Source: Candidatus Competibacterales bacterium (GTDB lineage Bacteria > Pseudomonadota > Gammaproteobacteria > Competibacterales > JAHEDQ01). From it: DNA of 40,908 nucleotides. The position numbers were made by a program, and so were the translations under genes. The stretch spans positions 1 to 40,908 of the forward strand of contig JBFGYN010000002.1 of the NCBI GenBank assembly GCA_041587415.1, written 5' to 3'. The first letter of the stretch is position 1. Every line of letters begins with the position of its first letter. The notes beneath the pieces were generated by a model, which saw only the letters and a program-made list of their open reading frames with translations, ran no database searches and was not told the origin of the DNA. Of the stretch, positions 19,032 through 31,797 are shown one piece after another.

Positions 19032-20233
19032 ACGGACTTCGTGCCCGGTTGTTGCCCGCAATGCCCGACACAACGGTGCTTCTGGCAGCGATGATGGTGC
19101 TGGCATACGGCCTCGTGATGGTCGCGTCGGCGTCCCTGGCACTGTCGGAGCAACTCACGGGCCACGGCTGGCATTTTTTCGTTCGCCAGTTGATGTTTGG
19201 CGCGCTCGGCCTCACGAGTGCCTATCTCGTGTTCCGGTTTCTGTCGTTGAGGCGTCTGGCGGAGTTCAGCGGCCTGCTCTGGCTGTTTGCCGCCGTGCTG
19301 CTCCTGGCTGTGCTGGTTCCGGGAATCGGGCACGAGGTGAACGGTAGCCTTCGCTGGCTGGATCTCGGCCCGGTCAAACTGCAGGTATCCGAGCTCGCCA
19401 AACTCTCTGCGATCGTCTATCTGGCCGGGCATCTCGCCAAACACGGCAATGCGGTACGGAATTCCGTTTCCGGCGCCGTGCGGCCCATGGTATCGCTCGG
19501 ACTGCTCGCCGTGCTTGCACTCTCAGAGCCCGACCTGGGTGCAGCCGGCGTACTCATGTTGACGGGCGTTCTGGTGCTGTTCCTGTCCGGGATGAGGCTT
19601 GCTCCCCTGTGCCTGTTAATGTTGACCGGTGTCCTGGTGCTGGGCGCTGCCGTCTACCTCGAGCCCTACCGGCTGGTCCGACTGAAGAGCTTCCTGGACC
19701 CCTGGGCGGACCCATACGGCGCCGGATTTCAGTTGACTCAATCCCTTATTGCAGTCGGCCTGGGGGAGCTGTCTGGGGCGGGCTTGGGGCTCGGTCTCCA
19801 GAAGCTGTTCTATCTGCCTGAAGCACACACCGACTTCATACTCGCTGTGCTCGCGGAGGAGTTGGGTTTAGCAGGCGTGGCAGCCCTTGGCGGGTTGTAC
19901 GCAATTTTGGTGGCCCGTTGCGTGGCCATTGGGCGCCGAGCCGAGCGCGCTGGAGCCGAGTTTGCCGCAGCCCTGTGCTATGGCGTCGGTATCTGGTTCG
20001 CACTGCAAGTGTTGATCAACATGGGTGTCAATCTGGGCCTGCTGCCCACCAAAGGGCTGACACTGCCCCTGGTAAGCTACGGGGGAAGCAGTCTTCTGTG
20101 CATGTTGTTCGCACTCGGGCTCGTATTGCGCGCCGATCTGGAGACGCGGCCGGCCGCCCGCCGTGCATCCCGCGCCCCGGGCGGGAATCGGCAATTGCCG
20201 CTGGTCGTTACGGAACGGGGCGCGGGTGCATGA
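19028..20233 (+). CDS. ftsW: Peptidoglycan glycosyltransferase / lipid II flippase family protein FtsW (SEDS)
   Basis: About 10 TM segments and SEDS motifs (LQVSELAKL, PEAHTDFI, LPTKGLTLPLVSYGGSS). ATGA overlap with murD. Confidence 0.93.
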   Translation: MNGLRARLLPAMPDTTVLLAAMMVLAYGLVMVASASLALSEQLTGHGWHFFVRQLMFGALGLTSAYLVFRFLSLRRLAEFSGLLWLFAAVLLLAVLVPGIGHEVNGSLRWLDLGPVKLQVSELAKLSAIVYLAGHLAKHGNAVRNSVSGAVRPMVSLGLLAVLALSEPDLGAAGVLMLTGVLVLFLSGMRLAPLCLLMLTGVLVLGAAVYLEPYRLVRLKSFLDPWADPYGAGFQLTQSLIAVGLGELSGAGLGLGLQKLFYLPEAHTDFILAVLAEELGLAGVAALGGLYAILVARCVAIGRRAERAGAEFAAALCYGVGIWFALQVLINMGVNLGLLPTKGLTLPLVSYGGSSLLCMLFALGLVLRADLETRPAARRASRAPGGNRQLPLVVTERGAGA

Positions 20234-21324
20234 ACCAGAACGCGCACCCGGTCGTGATCATGGCGGGCGGTACCGGTGGACATGTTTTTCCTGGGATCGC
20301 CGTTGCACGCGGCTTCCAGGCCCGCGGTGTACCCGTGGTGTGGCTCGGCACACGATCCGGCCTCGAGGCCAGGCTGGTCCCGGAAGCGGGTATTCGGATC
20401 GAATGGCTCGACGTCGCCGGCCTTCGGGGCAAAGGGCTGGGGCGTGTCGTGACGGCGCCACTGATGCTGGGCCGGGCCCTGTGGCAGGCGGCACTGATTC
20501 TGCGCCGACTCCGCCCTCGGCTCGCGGTTGGCATGGGCGGCTTTGCGAGCGGTCCGGGTGACCTGATGTCGTGGCTGTTGTGGGTCCCGCTCGTCGTCCA
20601 CGAGCAAAACGCGATTGCCGGACTGACCAATCGAATTCTTGCCCGATTCGCGGCCCGAATCTTCGAGGCCTTCCCCAACAGTTTCCCTGCAAGCGACCGA
20701 GTCGAGACCATCGGCAATCCCGTGCGCGAAGAGATCGCCGGACTCGCTGCACCCGAGGCTCGCCTTCGAGGCCGGAGCGGTCCGACGCGCCTGCTGGTGC
20801 TCGGTGGCAGCCAGGGCGCCCGTGCGCTCAACGAAATGGTTCCTGCTGCCCTCGCCGGTCTATCGCCGGACGAGCGGCCCCAGGTGCGGCATCAGGCGGG
20901 CGGCACCATGATTCGGGGTACTCGGGAGTCCTATGCACGATTTGGCATCCAAGCGGAAATAACGCCCTTCATCGATAGCATGGCCGAGGCGTACGGATGG
21001 GCCGATCTGGTCATTTGCCGTTCCGGTGCCCTGACCGTTTGCGAACTCGCCGCGGCAGGACTCGCATCGGTGCTCGTGCCCTTCCCATTCGCCGTCGACG
21101 ATCACCAAAGGGCCAACGGCCGGCTTCTGGAAGACGCCGGCGCCGCAGTCCTGATTCCGGAGTCCGATTTGACGCCCGAGCGCCTGCAGGCGGTTATCCA
21201 GCGCCTGGCTTCCGACCGTGGGGCCCTCGCGCGCATGGCGGCCGCAGCCAGACGCTTGGCAAGGCCCGATGCGACGGAACGCTTGGTAGAAGGGGGGCTT
21301 CGGCATGCCCGAACCGACCAGTAG
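20230..21324 (+). CDS. murG: UDP-N-acetylglucosamine--N-acetylmuramyl-(pentapeptide) pyrophosphoryl-undecaprenol GlcNAc transferase
   Basis: From ATG 20230 (ATGA overlap with ftsW): [43 protein letters not shown]. Confidence 0.94.
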   Translation: MNQNAHPVVIMAGGTGGHVFPGIAVARGFQARGVPVVWLGTRSGLEARLVPEAGIRIEWLDVAGLRGKGLGRVVTAPLMLGRALWQAALILRRLRPRLAVGMGGFASGPGDLMSWLLWVPLVVHEQNAIAGLTNRILARFAARIFEAFPNSFPASDRVETIGNPVREEIAGLAAPEARLRGRSGPTRLLVLGGSQGARALNEMVPAALAGLSPDERPQVRHQAGGTMIRGTRESYARFGIQAEITPFIDSMAEAYGWADLVICRSGALTVCELAAAGLASVLVPFPFAVDDHQRANGRLLEDAGAAVLIPESDLTPERLQAVIQRLASDRGALARMAAAARRLARPDATERLVEGGLRHARTDQ

Positions 21325-22774
21325 TCCAGAGGGCTTCATGCACTCGGGAGATTTCGGACTGTCGATGCGCCGAATCCGACGCATTCATTTCATCGGCATC
21401 GGTGGGGCCGGTATGGGCGGCATCGCCGAGGTCATGCTGAACCTGGGCTACCAGGTTTCGGGCTCCGACCTGAAGCGGGGCTCCGTAGTGGCAAGGCTGG
21501 ACGGGCTCGGTGCCAAAGTCTTCATCGGTCACGACGCTGCGCACGTGGCAGGTGCCGACGTGATCGTCGTGTCCACGGCAGTGGAAGGCAGCAACCCGGA
21601 GGTCGCAGCGGCGAGGGCGGCTCGATTGCCGATCGTGCCCCGCGCGGAGATGCTCGCCGAGCTCATGCGCTTTCGGCACGGGATCGCGGTCGCGGGTACC
21701 CACGGCAAGACCACCACCACAAGCCTCCTGGCGTCGGTTCTCGCCGAGGCTGGTTTGGACCCCACTTTTGTCATTGGCGGGCAATTGAACAGCGCGGGCA
21801 CCAATGCCCGTCTGGGCGCCGGTCGCTATCTGGTTGCGGAGGCCGACGAGAGCGATGCCTCTTTTCTCTACCTGCAGCCGATCATGGCCATCGTCACCAA
21901 CATCGACGCCGATCATCTTGGCACCTACGGCGGCGACTTCGAGCGTCTCAAGGACACGTTCGTGGAGTTCCTGCATCACTTGCCCTTCTACGGGTTGGCG
22001 GTCCTGTGCGGCGACGATCCGGTCGTTCGCGACATCCTGCCGCGGGTCACCCGCCCGCTCGTGACCTACGGTACCGGCGCGGACTGCGATCTGACGGCGA
22101 GCGACATTCGTCAGCATGGGATGCAGTCGTTCTTCCATGTGACGCTTCCCGAGGGCCAGGGCGGCTTCGATGTCACGCTCAACCTGCCCGGCAGACACAG
22201 TATTCTGAATGCCATGGCAGCCATCGCCATTGGTCACGAGTTGGGCGTCGACCGATCCGCGATGCAACGGGCATTCGCCGGCTTCCAGGGAATCGGGCGC
22301 CGGTTCCACAACTACGGCGAACTGGCTCTGCCCTCCGGGGGGACGGCGCTTTTCATCGATGACTACGGGCATCACCCCCAGGAAGTCGCGGCGGTCGTGA
22401 ACGCCGTGCGGGCAAGTTGGCCGGAGCGCAGGTTGGTGCTTGCATTTCAGCCACACCGGTATACCCGTACCCGAGACTTGTTCGACGATTTCGCGCGTAT
22501 CTTGTCCACCGTGGATGTGTTGGTTCTCACGGAAGTCTATTCCGCCGGCGAGGCGCCAATCGTTGGGGCGGACGCGCGAGCACTGACCCGGGCAATCCGG
22601 ACACGCGGCGAGATTGACCCCATATTTGCCGGTCCAGTAGATGAATTGGTGTCGCTGCTCTCCAGCCAACTGCGCGACGGCGATTTACTCCTTACCATGG
22701 GTGCCGGTGACATCGGACTGGCGGCGGCCGATCTGGGGCGTGCTGGGTTCGCGACCCAAGGGGGGCGCTCGTGA
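21305..22774 (+). CDS. murC: UDP-N-acetylmuramate--L-alanine ligase
   Basis: [38 protein letters not shown]. Start is either ATG 21305 (20-nt overlap with murG) or ATG 21338 (GAGGG 4 nt upstream). Both have Shine-Dalgarno-like sequences. Confidence 0.93.
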   Translation: MPEPTSSPEGFMHSGDFGLSMRRIRRIHFIGIGGAGMGGIAEVMLNLGYQVSGSDLKRGSVVARLDGLGAKVFIGHDAAHVAGADVIVVSTAVEGSNPEVAAARAARLPIVPRAEMLAELMRFRHGIAVAGTHGKTTTTSLLASVLAEAGLDPTFVIGGQLNSAGTNARLGAGRYLVAEADESDASFLYLQPIMAIVTNIDADHLGTYGGDFERLKDTFVEFLHHLPFYGLAVLCGDDPVVRDILPRVTRPLVTYGTGADCDLTASDIRQHGMQSFFHVTLPEGQGGFDVTLNLPGRHSILNAMAAIAIGHELGVDRSAMQRAFAGFQGIGRRFHNYGELALPSGGTALFIDDYGHHPQEVAAVVNAVRASWPERRLVLAFQPHRYTRTRDLFDDFARILSTVDVLVLTEVYSAGEAPIVGADARALTRAIRTRGEIDPIFAGPVDELVSLLSSQLRDGDLLLTMGAGDIGLAAADLGRAGFATQGGRS

Positions 22775-23571
22775 GCCGGCAGCAACGCCCGCGCGGCCGA
22801 AAGCGCGTCTTCATCGGCGCGATGATCGCCGCCGCCATCTTATCGCTGGGAGCCGTCGCCACGATCACGGGTGCCTTTCCGGCGGTCCGCGGGCTCGAAT
22901 TCATTGCCAAGCGAATGCCGCCCGTGCGCCACGTGGAATTGCGCGGCGACCTGCGTCACCTGGACGATCGGCGTGCCCGGCGACTCATCGAGCCGGTTCT
23001 GGGCGGAAGTCTTCTCGCCCTCGACATGGCGGACGTCCGCAGTCGCCTCGAATCCCACCCCTGGGTGGCCCGCGCCGTGGTTGTCCGGGTTTGGCCCGAT
23101 CGCTTGCGGGTGCGCCTGGTTGAGCGCGTTCCGGTTGCACGATGGGGTGATTACCAGTTGATCGATGCGCAAGGGCACCGGTTCGATCCGGACGGAGAGC
23201 GACGCGAGGATCTACCGAAGGTCCACGGATCGACCGGGCAGGAACGCAACGTACTGGCCATGCTGGATTCGGTGCTCGAGCGGCTCTCACCGCTTGGTCT
23301 CCAGGTGCTGGAACTCACGCTGGACGAGCGACGCGCCTGGCGAATTCGTCTCGGGGGCGGAGCAGAGCTTCGCCTCGGGCGAGAGAGCCTGGAGCGACGA
23401 CTCGATCGCTTCGTGGCGGCCTATGCACCGTTGCTGGCTTCGCGCATGGGATCGGTGGACGCGGTGGATCTTCGATACACCAACGGCTTCGCGGTCAGCT
23501 GGAAGCCGACTGAGGATGGCGCCGGCAAGTTCCAGGAGGGCGGGAGCGGACCGAATGCCCAAAAAGGATGA
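22771..23571 (+). CDS. ftsQ: Cell division protein FtsQ
   Basis: GTG start overlapping the murC stop (GTGA). Basic N-terminus, TM ([15 protein letters not shown]), POTRA domain (..[10 protein letters not shown]...[31 protein letters not shown]). Confidence 0.9.
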   Translation: MSRQQRPRGRKRVFIGAMIAAAILSLGAVATITGAFPAVRGLEFIAKRMPPVRHVELRGDLRHLDDRRARRLIEPVLGGSLLALDMADVRSRLESHPWVARAVVVRVWPDRLRVRLVERVPVARWGDYQLIDAQGHRFDPDGERREDLPKVHGSTGQERNVLAMLDSVLERLSPLGLQVLELTLDERRAWRIRLGGGAELRLGRESLERRLDRFVAAYAPLLASRMGSVDAVDLRYTNGFAVSWKPTEDGAGKFQEGGSGPNAQKG

Positions 23572-24787
23572 TTCGAACCTACTCGTTGGCCTGGACATTG
23601 GGACCTCGAAAGTGGCCGCCATCGTCGGCGAAGCGAATGCGACGGGCGGGGTCGAGGTCATCGGCCTGGGCTCGCACCCTTCGCGAGGACTGAAGAAAGG
23701 TGTCGTGGTCAACATCGAATCCACCGTGCAATCGATCCAACGCGCGGTCGAGGAAGCGGAGTTGATGTCCGGGTGCCAGATCCACTCGGTCTTCACGGGC
23801 ATTGCCGGCAGTCATATCCGCAGCCTCAATTCCCACGGCATCGTTGCAATACGCGACAAGGAAGTCCGCCCGGAAGACGTGGACCGCGTCATCGACGCGG
23901 CCAAGGCGGTGGCCATTCCCGCCGATCAAAAGATCATCCACGTCCTCCCGCAGGAATTCATCATCGATGATCAAGACGGAATCCGCGAGCCCGTCGGCAT
24001 GTCGGGTGTTCGCCTGGAGGCGAAGGTCCACATGGTCACGGGTGCTGTCAGCGCCGCGCAGAACCTGGTCAAGTGCGTGGCCCGATGTGGTTTGCAGGTC
24101 GCAGACCTGCACCTGGAGCAACTCGCTTCGAGCACGGCGGTTCTCACCGAGGACGAGAAGTCCCTCGGTGTCTGCCTCGTCGACATCGGTGGCGGAACCA
24201 CGGATATGGCGGTGTTCACCGGGGGGGCCATACGGCATACGGCGGTCATTCCGATCGCTGGCGATCACGTCACCAATGACATTGCCGTCGCACTTCGCAC
24301 TCCGACTCATCATGCCGAAAGCATCAAGATCAAGCACGCCTGTTGCTTGACGCAGCTCGCGAAGCCAGACGCAACCATCGAAGTGCCGAGCGTCGGAAAT
24401 CGGCCCGCCCGAACCCTGTCCCGGCAGACACTGACGGAGGTGGTCGAGCCGCGCTATGCGGAGCTTTTCGAGCTGATCCGAGACGAGCTTCAGCGCAGCG
24501 GCTACATGGAGCTGATTGCTGCGGGCGTCGTCCTGACCGGCGGCAGCGCACGCATGGAGGGCGCCGTGGAGTTGGCGGAGGAAATTTTTCACATGCCCGT
24601 TCGGCTCGGAATTCCCCAGAACGTGACGGGGATGGCGGACGTGGTAAGCAATCCGATTTATGCGACCGGAGTCGGATTGCTGTTGCTCGGTGCGCGCCGA
24701 GGCTCAAGCGCGCGGGAGTCGGTCACGGAGGGCGGCACACAAGGGATCTGGCGTCGCATGAAAAGTTGGTTCATTGGCAGTTTTTGA
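23555..24787 (+). CDS. ftsA: Cell division protein FtsA
   Basis: From ATG 23555: LLVGLDIGTSKVAAIVGE, actin-like fold motifs (DIGGGTTDMAVF), C-terminal amphipathic helix (WRRMKSWFIGSF). 17-nt overlap with ftsQ. Confidence 0.95.
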   Translation: MPKKDDSNLLVGLDIGTSKVAAIVGEANATGGVEVIGLGSHPSRGLKKGVVVNIESTVQSIQRAVEEAELMSGCQIHSVFTGIAGSHIRSLNSHGIVAIRDKEVRPEDVDRVIDAAKAVAIPADQKIIHVLPQEFIIDDQDGIREPVGMSGVRLEAKVHMVTGAVSAAQNLVKCVARCGLQVADLHLEQLASSTAVLTEDEKSLGVCLVDIGGGTTDMAVFTGGAIRHTAVIPIAGDHVTNDIAVALRTPTHHAESIKIKHACCLTQLAKPDATIEVPSVGNRPARTLSRQTLTEVVEPRYAELFELIRDELQRSGYMELIAAGVVLTGGSARMEGAVELAEEIFHMPVRLGIPQNVTGMADVVSNPIYATGVGLLLLGARRGSSARESVTEGGTQGIWRRMKSWFIGSF

Positions 24788-24874
24788 CGTCGGGCGAAGC
24801 CGATTGTCGGTTTCTCCGAGTTAATGGGGCAGTCGTCGGAAGGCGGCCCCGGTTCACCAGCACGGGAGATGGTC

Positions 24875-26047
24875 ATGTTCGAATTGATGGATAGCAGCAA
24901 CGATAGCGCCGTGATCAAGGTCATCGGTGTCGGTGGTGGCGGTGGAAATGCCGTCCAGCACATGGTGGAAACGGAGATCGAGGGCGTCGAGTTCATCTGC
25001 GCCAATACGGACGCACAGCATTTGGGGAGCCTTTCGGTGCCAACGCTCCTGCAATTGGGCCATTCGGTGACCAAGGGGCTCGGAGCTGGCGCGAATCCGG
25101 ACGTGGGTAAGCAGGCCGCCCTCGAGGACCGGGATCGGATTCAAGAAGCGGTCGAGGGCGCCGACATGGTGTTCATTACCGCCGGCATGGGCGGCGGTAC
25201 GGGAACCGGTGGTGCACCGGTGGTGGCGCAGGTTGCGCGCGAGATGGGGATTCTCACCGTGGCCGTGGTCACCAAACCTTTTCCTTTCGAGGGCAAGAAA
25301 CGAATGGATCTCGCTCTTCAAGGCATGGCGGAGCTGGGCCAGCACGTGGACTCGCTCATCACGATTCCGAACGAGAAACTTCTCAGCGTCCTCGGTCGGC
25401 AGATGAGTCTGCTCGACGCCTTCCGTGCCGCCAATGAGGTCCTTCGCGGAGCGGTGCAAGGCATTGCCGAGCTGATCACCCGTCCGGGCCTGATCAATGT
25501 GGACTTTGCCGACGTTCGGACGGTCATGTCGGAAATGGGAATGGCCATGATGGGTTCTGGAATGGCCAGCGGTGAGAAGCGCGCCCGGGAGGCTGCGGAG
25601 GCCGCCATAAACAGCCCGCTGCTCGAGAGTGTGAATCTTGCCGGAGCGCGCGGATTGCTGGTCAATGTGACGGCAGGAATGGATTTGTCGATCGGCGAGT
25701 TCGACGAAGTCGGTGAAATCGTTCAGGACCTCGCGGCGGACGAGGCCAGTGTGGTGGTCGGAACCGTCATCGACCCGGAAATGAAGGATGAGTTGAGGGT
25801 GACCATCGTTGCCACGGGAATCGCGAATCACATGCAAAAGGAGGCGGGCCGCCCCATGCGACTGGTCAAGCGCGCTGTCGGCGCCGAAAACATGATCCAC
25901 GCGGATGCCGAACGCGATACAGCTCCCGCCGGACGGGATTTGAACACTCAGCGGGCGCGACCCTCGTCGCCTGAGTCTGCCCCACCGGCGCAGGCAAACA
26001 TGAACTATCTGGACATCCCGGCGTTCCTTCGACGGCAGGCGGATTGA
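24875..26047 (+). CDS. ftsZ: Cell division GTPase FtsZ
   Basis: From ATG 24875 (GGGAGA 5 nt upstream): [20 protein letters not shown], tubulin signature [14 protein letters not shown]-terminal peptide [11 protein letters not shown]. Confidence 0.97.
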   Translation: MFELMDSSNDSAVIKVIGVGGGGGNAVQHMVETEIEGVEFICANTDAQHLGSLSVPTLLQLGHSVTKGLGAGANPDVGKQAALEDRDRIQEAVEGADMVFITAGMGGGTGTGGAPVVAQVAREMGILTVAVVTKPFPFEGKKRMDLALQGMAELGQHVDSLITIPNEKLLSVLGRQMSLLDAFRAANEVLRGAVQGIAELITRPGLINVDFADVRTVMSEMGMAMMGSGMASGEKRAREAAEAAINSPLLESVNLAGARGLLVNVTAGMDLSIGEFDEVGEIVQDLAADEASVVVGTVIDPEMKDELRVTIVATGIANHMQKEAGRPMRLVKRAVGAENMIHADAERDTAPAGRDLNTQRARPSSPESAPPAQANMNYLDIPAFLRRQAD

Positions 26048-26058
26048 CTCTCCGCGCA

Positions 26059-26087
26059 CCGGCCGCGGTGTGGAATCACGCGGCCGG
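26059..26087 (+). terminator. GC-rich hairpin just downstream of ftsZ (terminator/attenuator candidate)
   Basis: CCGGCCGCG (26059-26067), 11-nt loop, CGCGGCCGG (26079-26087). No U-tract follows. Confidence 0.3.
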
Positions 26088-26187
26088 CGGGCCAGAGCGG
26101 TACACGGATAGTCGGATTGATGCCGATTCCGAGCGTCCTGCGACATTACCGTCTGGAAAGAGTAGGGTGTTGAATGCGCGCAACAGC

Positions 26188-26217
26188 TTGTGGAAGATGT
26201 GCAACATGTTGTAATAT
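26188..26217 (+). promoter_or_regulatory. Possible sigma70 promoter for lpxC
   Basis: TTGTGG (26188-26193), 18-nt spacer, TAATAT (26212-26217). It sits in an AT-richer patch about 125 nt upstream of the lpxC ATG. Confidence 0.3.
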
Positions 26218-26341
26218 TCACACCCATAACGGAATGCTGCACCGCGTCAGACCCTGACCAGTGCCGTAATTGGGAGCCCGGCCGCCGTCACACGGTGAGG
26301 CCAAGCACAATAAAGATCAACACCATGAAACCGAGGTGCTC

Positions 26342-27256
26342 ATGATTAGGCAGCGCACCCTGAAGAATGTCATCCGAGCCACCGGCGTCGGTCTGCACAC
26401 GGGGAAAAAGGTCTATCTGAGCTTGCGGCCCGCCCCCGCAAACTCGGGAATCGTGTTTCGTCGCGTCGATCTGGACCCGGTGGTCGAAATCGAGGCGCGT
26501 GCCGAAAACGTTGGCGATACCCAGCTCTCGACGAGCCTGGCCAAGGACGGTTGTACCATCTCCACGGTCGAGCATCTGCTCTCCGCGTTCGCGGGGTTGG
26601 GTATCGACAACGCCTACGTGGACCTGAGCGCTCCCGAAGTACCCATCATGGACGGCAGTGCGGGTCCTTTCGTGTTCCTGATCCAGTCTGCCGGCATCGA
26701 GAAACAGAACGCGCTGAAGAAATTCACACGGATCAAGAAAACCGTGATGGTCAAGGACGGCGACAAGTGGGCCCGTTTCGACCCATTCGACGGTTTCAAG
26801 GTGGGATTCACCATTGATTTTGACCACCCGGCGTTCCGCGAGCGCCGCCAGCACGCGGAAATCGACTTCTCCACGACGTCCTTCCTGAAAGAGGTGAGTC
26901 GTGCGCGCACGTTTGGATTCATGCGCGATATCGAGTTCCTCCGGGACAAGCAACTCGCGCTAGGTGGCAGCCTCGATAATGCGGTGGTCGTGGACGATTT
27001 TCGAATCCTCAACGAGGACGGTCTTCGCTACGACGACGAGTTCGTCAAGCACAAGATTTTGGACGCCATCGGCGATCTCTACCTGCTGGGACACAGCCTG
27101 GTCGGAAGCTTTCGTGGACACAAGTCCGGGCATGCCCTGAACAATCGACTCCTTCGCACCCTCCTGGCTCAGTCGGATGCCTGGGAAGAGGTCATCTACG
27201 ACGACGAGAAGAGCGCACCGATATCGTACCTGCATCCCGCGCAGCAGGGCGCGTAG
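26342..27256 (+). CDS. lpxC: UDP-3-O-acyl-N-acetylglucosamine deacetylase
   Basis: From ATG 26342: [24 protein letters not shown].., [44 protein letters not shown]. Confidence 0.96.
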   Translation: MIRQRTLKNVIRATGVGLHTGKKVYLSLRPAPANSGIVFRRVDLDPVVEIEARAENVGDTQLSTSLAKDGCTISTVEHLLSAFAGLGIDNAYVDLSAPEVPIMDGSAGPFVFLIQSAGIEKQNALKKFTRIKKTVMVKDGDKWARFDPFDGFKVGFTIDFDHPAFRERRQHAEIDFSTTSFLKEVSRARTFGFMRDIEFLRDKQLALGGSLDNAVVVDDFRILNEDGLRYDDEFVKHKILDAIGDLYLLGHSLVGSFRGHKSGHALNNRLLRTLLAQSDAWEEVIYDDEKSAPISYLHPAQQGA

Positions 27257-27260
27257 GCCT

Positions 27261-27710
27261 CTATCGAGTAAGTCGGCGTCGGGCCAAGCGCTCCAGCGCC
27301 GGAGTCAATGCCGGATCATCGATCGCTCTCGCCGATTGAAGAATCAGCTGGGCAGCGGCATCCGACATGTGTGGTTTCCGAGTCGGGTGCTCCACCCGGA
27401 CCGGAGTACTCCGAACGCGTAACTCCACCCGGCGCCCCGGGAGTTGCAGCTCCCTGCTCAGCAGAATTCGAATTTGCGGAAGCTGAAATCGCAGGCGAGT
27501 GAGCCAAGCGGAGGACTCCGCTTCGATGGTTACACGATCGGTTTGGACGCTCGCCAACCTCACATTGCCACGAAGCGGCGCAGGGACCACGTTTCGAAAT
27601 CGAGCATCCAGTCGCACCAAGAGCGAGCATTGCTCTGACAGCCGGGACAATGCGCCGCCTTCATCCGTGACGAAGTTCCAAATTTTTCGAGTCGTCATCC
27701 CGCGTATCAT
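27261..27710 (-). CDS. DUF721 domain protein (DciA-like helicase-loader family candidate)
   Basis: 149 aa. Central ..VRLASVQTDRVTIEAESSAWLTRLRFQLPQIRILL.. fits the DUF721 pattern as I remember it. C-terminus ..ARAIDDPALTPALERLARR. Lies between lpxC and secA, divergent from secA, a position I recall for this family in pseudomonads and xanthomonads. Start could be 27710 or 27698. Confidence 0.65.
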   Translation of the reverse strand: MIRGMTTRKIWNFVTDEGGALSRLSEQCSLLVRLDARFRNVVPAPLRGNVRLASVQTDRVTIEAESSAWLTRLRFQLPQIRILLSRELQLPGRRVELRVRSTPVRVEHPTRKPHMSDAAAQLILQSARAIDDPALTPALERLARRRLTR

Positions 27711-27821
27711 ACCAGCAGCTCAGATCGCGGTCTGGAGGATCCCGCTGGCGAACTCCAGTGCGTTTTTCCGGTATGATCGAGCGATTTTTCGATAGCGCCT
27801 CAAATGGAGCTGTACCACTAG

Positions 27822-30581
<2,760 letters not shown>

Positions 30582-30585
30582 TTTC

Positions 30586-31797
30586 ATGACCAGCGTTTCC
30601 GAAAATCCGCTGGTCATTGCCGGTGTTCGACTCGGTACGGCTGCGGCAGGCATCCGCTACCAGGGGCGTGATGATCTCGCCGTGTTCGAGCTCTCCGAGG
30701 GAAGCTGCTGTGCTGCCATGTTCACGAGGAATGCGTTTTGCGCAGCCCCGGTAATCGTCGCCCGTAAGCATCTGGCTTCGGGGACGGCCACGAGGTATCT
30801 GCTCATCAACTCCGGCAACGCCAATGCGGGAACGGGGCCGGACGGACTCGGTCGAGCACACACCACGTGCGCGGCCCTGGCTGGACTTACCGGTTGCGCC
30901 CCCGAGGCCGTGCTGCCGTTCTCCACTGGCGTGATCGGTGAGCCCTTGCCGGTGGAGCGCCTCGTGTCGGGCCTCGACCCAGCCCTGGAAAGCCTCTCGG
31001 AGGACGGTTGGAATCGCGTTGCCCGGGCGATCATGACCACCGATACCAGGCCTAAGGTGGCGTCGTTACAGGCGCAGTTGGGGGGAAAGCGCATATCCAT
31101 CACCGGGATTGCAAAAGGAGCCGGAATGATTCGGCCGGACATGGCAACCATGCTTGCCTATGTGGCGACCGATGCCTGCGTGGACGCCGCGGCACTCGAT
31201 CGCTGTCTGCGGGGTGCGGCGGATGGGTCGTTCAATGCCATCACGGTGGACGGGGACACCTCGACAAACGACGCCTGCATGCTCGTGGCGACCGGTCGTG
31301 CGGGAAATCCACAAGTCGGGCTTGGCAGTGACGAGTTCCGCGCCTTGTTCGATTCGATTTGCGTCGTGTGCGAGACGCTGGCGCACGCCATCGTCCGAGA
31401 TGCCGAAGGCGCCACAAAATTCATCGCGGTGCACGTTCGGGAAGGACGCGAGAAGAATGAATGCAGGCAAGTCGCCTACACGGTCGCTCACTCTCCGCTC
31501 GTCAAGACGGCGTTCTTTGCGTCCGATCCGAACTGGGGACGCATCCTCGCGGCAGTCGGTCGTGCGGGACTGGACGATCTTGACATCGATGCAATTCATA
31601 TTTTTCTGGACGATGTGTGTATCGTCCGCTCCGGGGCGCGCGCCTCCGGTTACACAGAGGAGCAGGGGCAGGCGGTGATGGACCGGTCCGAGGTAACCAT
31701 TACCATTGATTTGGGTCGTGGGAACGCCGAGGCCTGTGTCTGGACATCCGATCTGTCCGTGGAATACGTGAAGATCAACGCGGATTATCGCAGCTGA
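30586..31797 (+). CDS. argJ: Bifunctional glutamate N-acetyltransferase / amino-acid acetyltransferase ArgJ
   Basis: GIAKGAGMIRPDMATMLAYVATDA (autoprocessing T in ATML), ITVDGDTSTND, DPNWGRILAAVG, NADYRS C-terminus. Confidence 0.94.
   Translation: MTSVSENPLVIAGVRLGTAAAGIRYQGRDDLAVFELSEGSCCAAMFTRNAFCAAPVIVARKHLASGTATRYLLINSGNANAGTGPDGLGRAHTTCAALAGLTGCAPEAVLPFSTGVIGEPLPVERLVSGLDPALESLSEDGWNRVARAIMTTDTRPKVASLQAQLGGKRISITGIAKGAGMIRPDMATMLAYVATDACVDAAALDRCLRGAADGSFNAITVDGDTSTNDACMLVATGRAGNPQVGLGSDEFRALFDSICVVCETLAHAIVRDAEGATKFIAVHVREGREKNECRQVAYTVAHSPLVKTAFFASDPNWGRILAAVGRAGLDDLDIDAIHIFLDDVCIVRSGARASGYTEEQGQAVMDRSEVTITIDLGRGNAEACVWTSDLSVEYVKINADYRS

Noticed and set aside
21194-22669. Very long antisense ORFs. 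Examples: 491 aa opposite murC; also 24854..26242 (462 aa) opposite ftsZ, 15155..16189 opposite murF, 23579..24592 opposite ftsA, 18042..18911 opposite murD, 733..1461 opposite petA, 39274..39972 opposite panB.
   Set aside because: These are typical shadow ORFs of high-GC coding DNA. Each lies fully inside a confidently identified gene on the other strand. Their translations are Arg/Pro/Gly-rich with no recognisable motifs.
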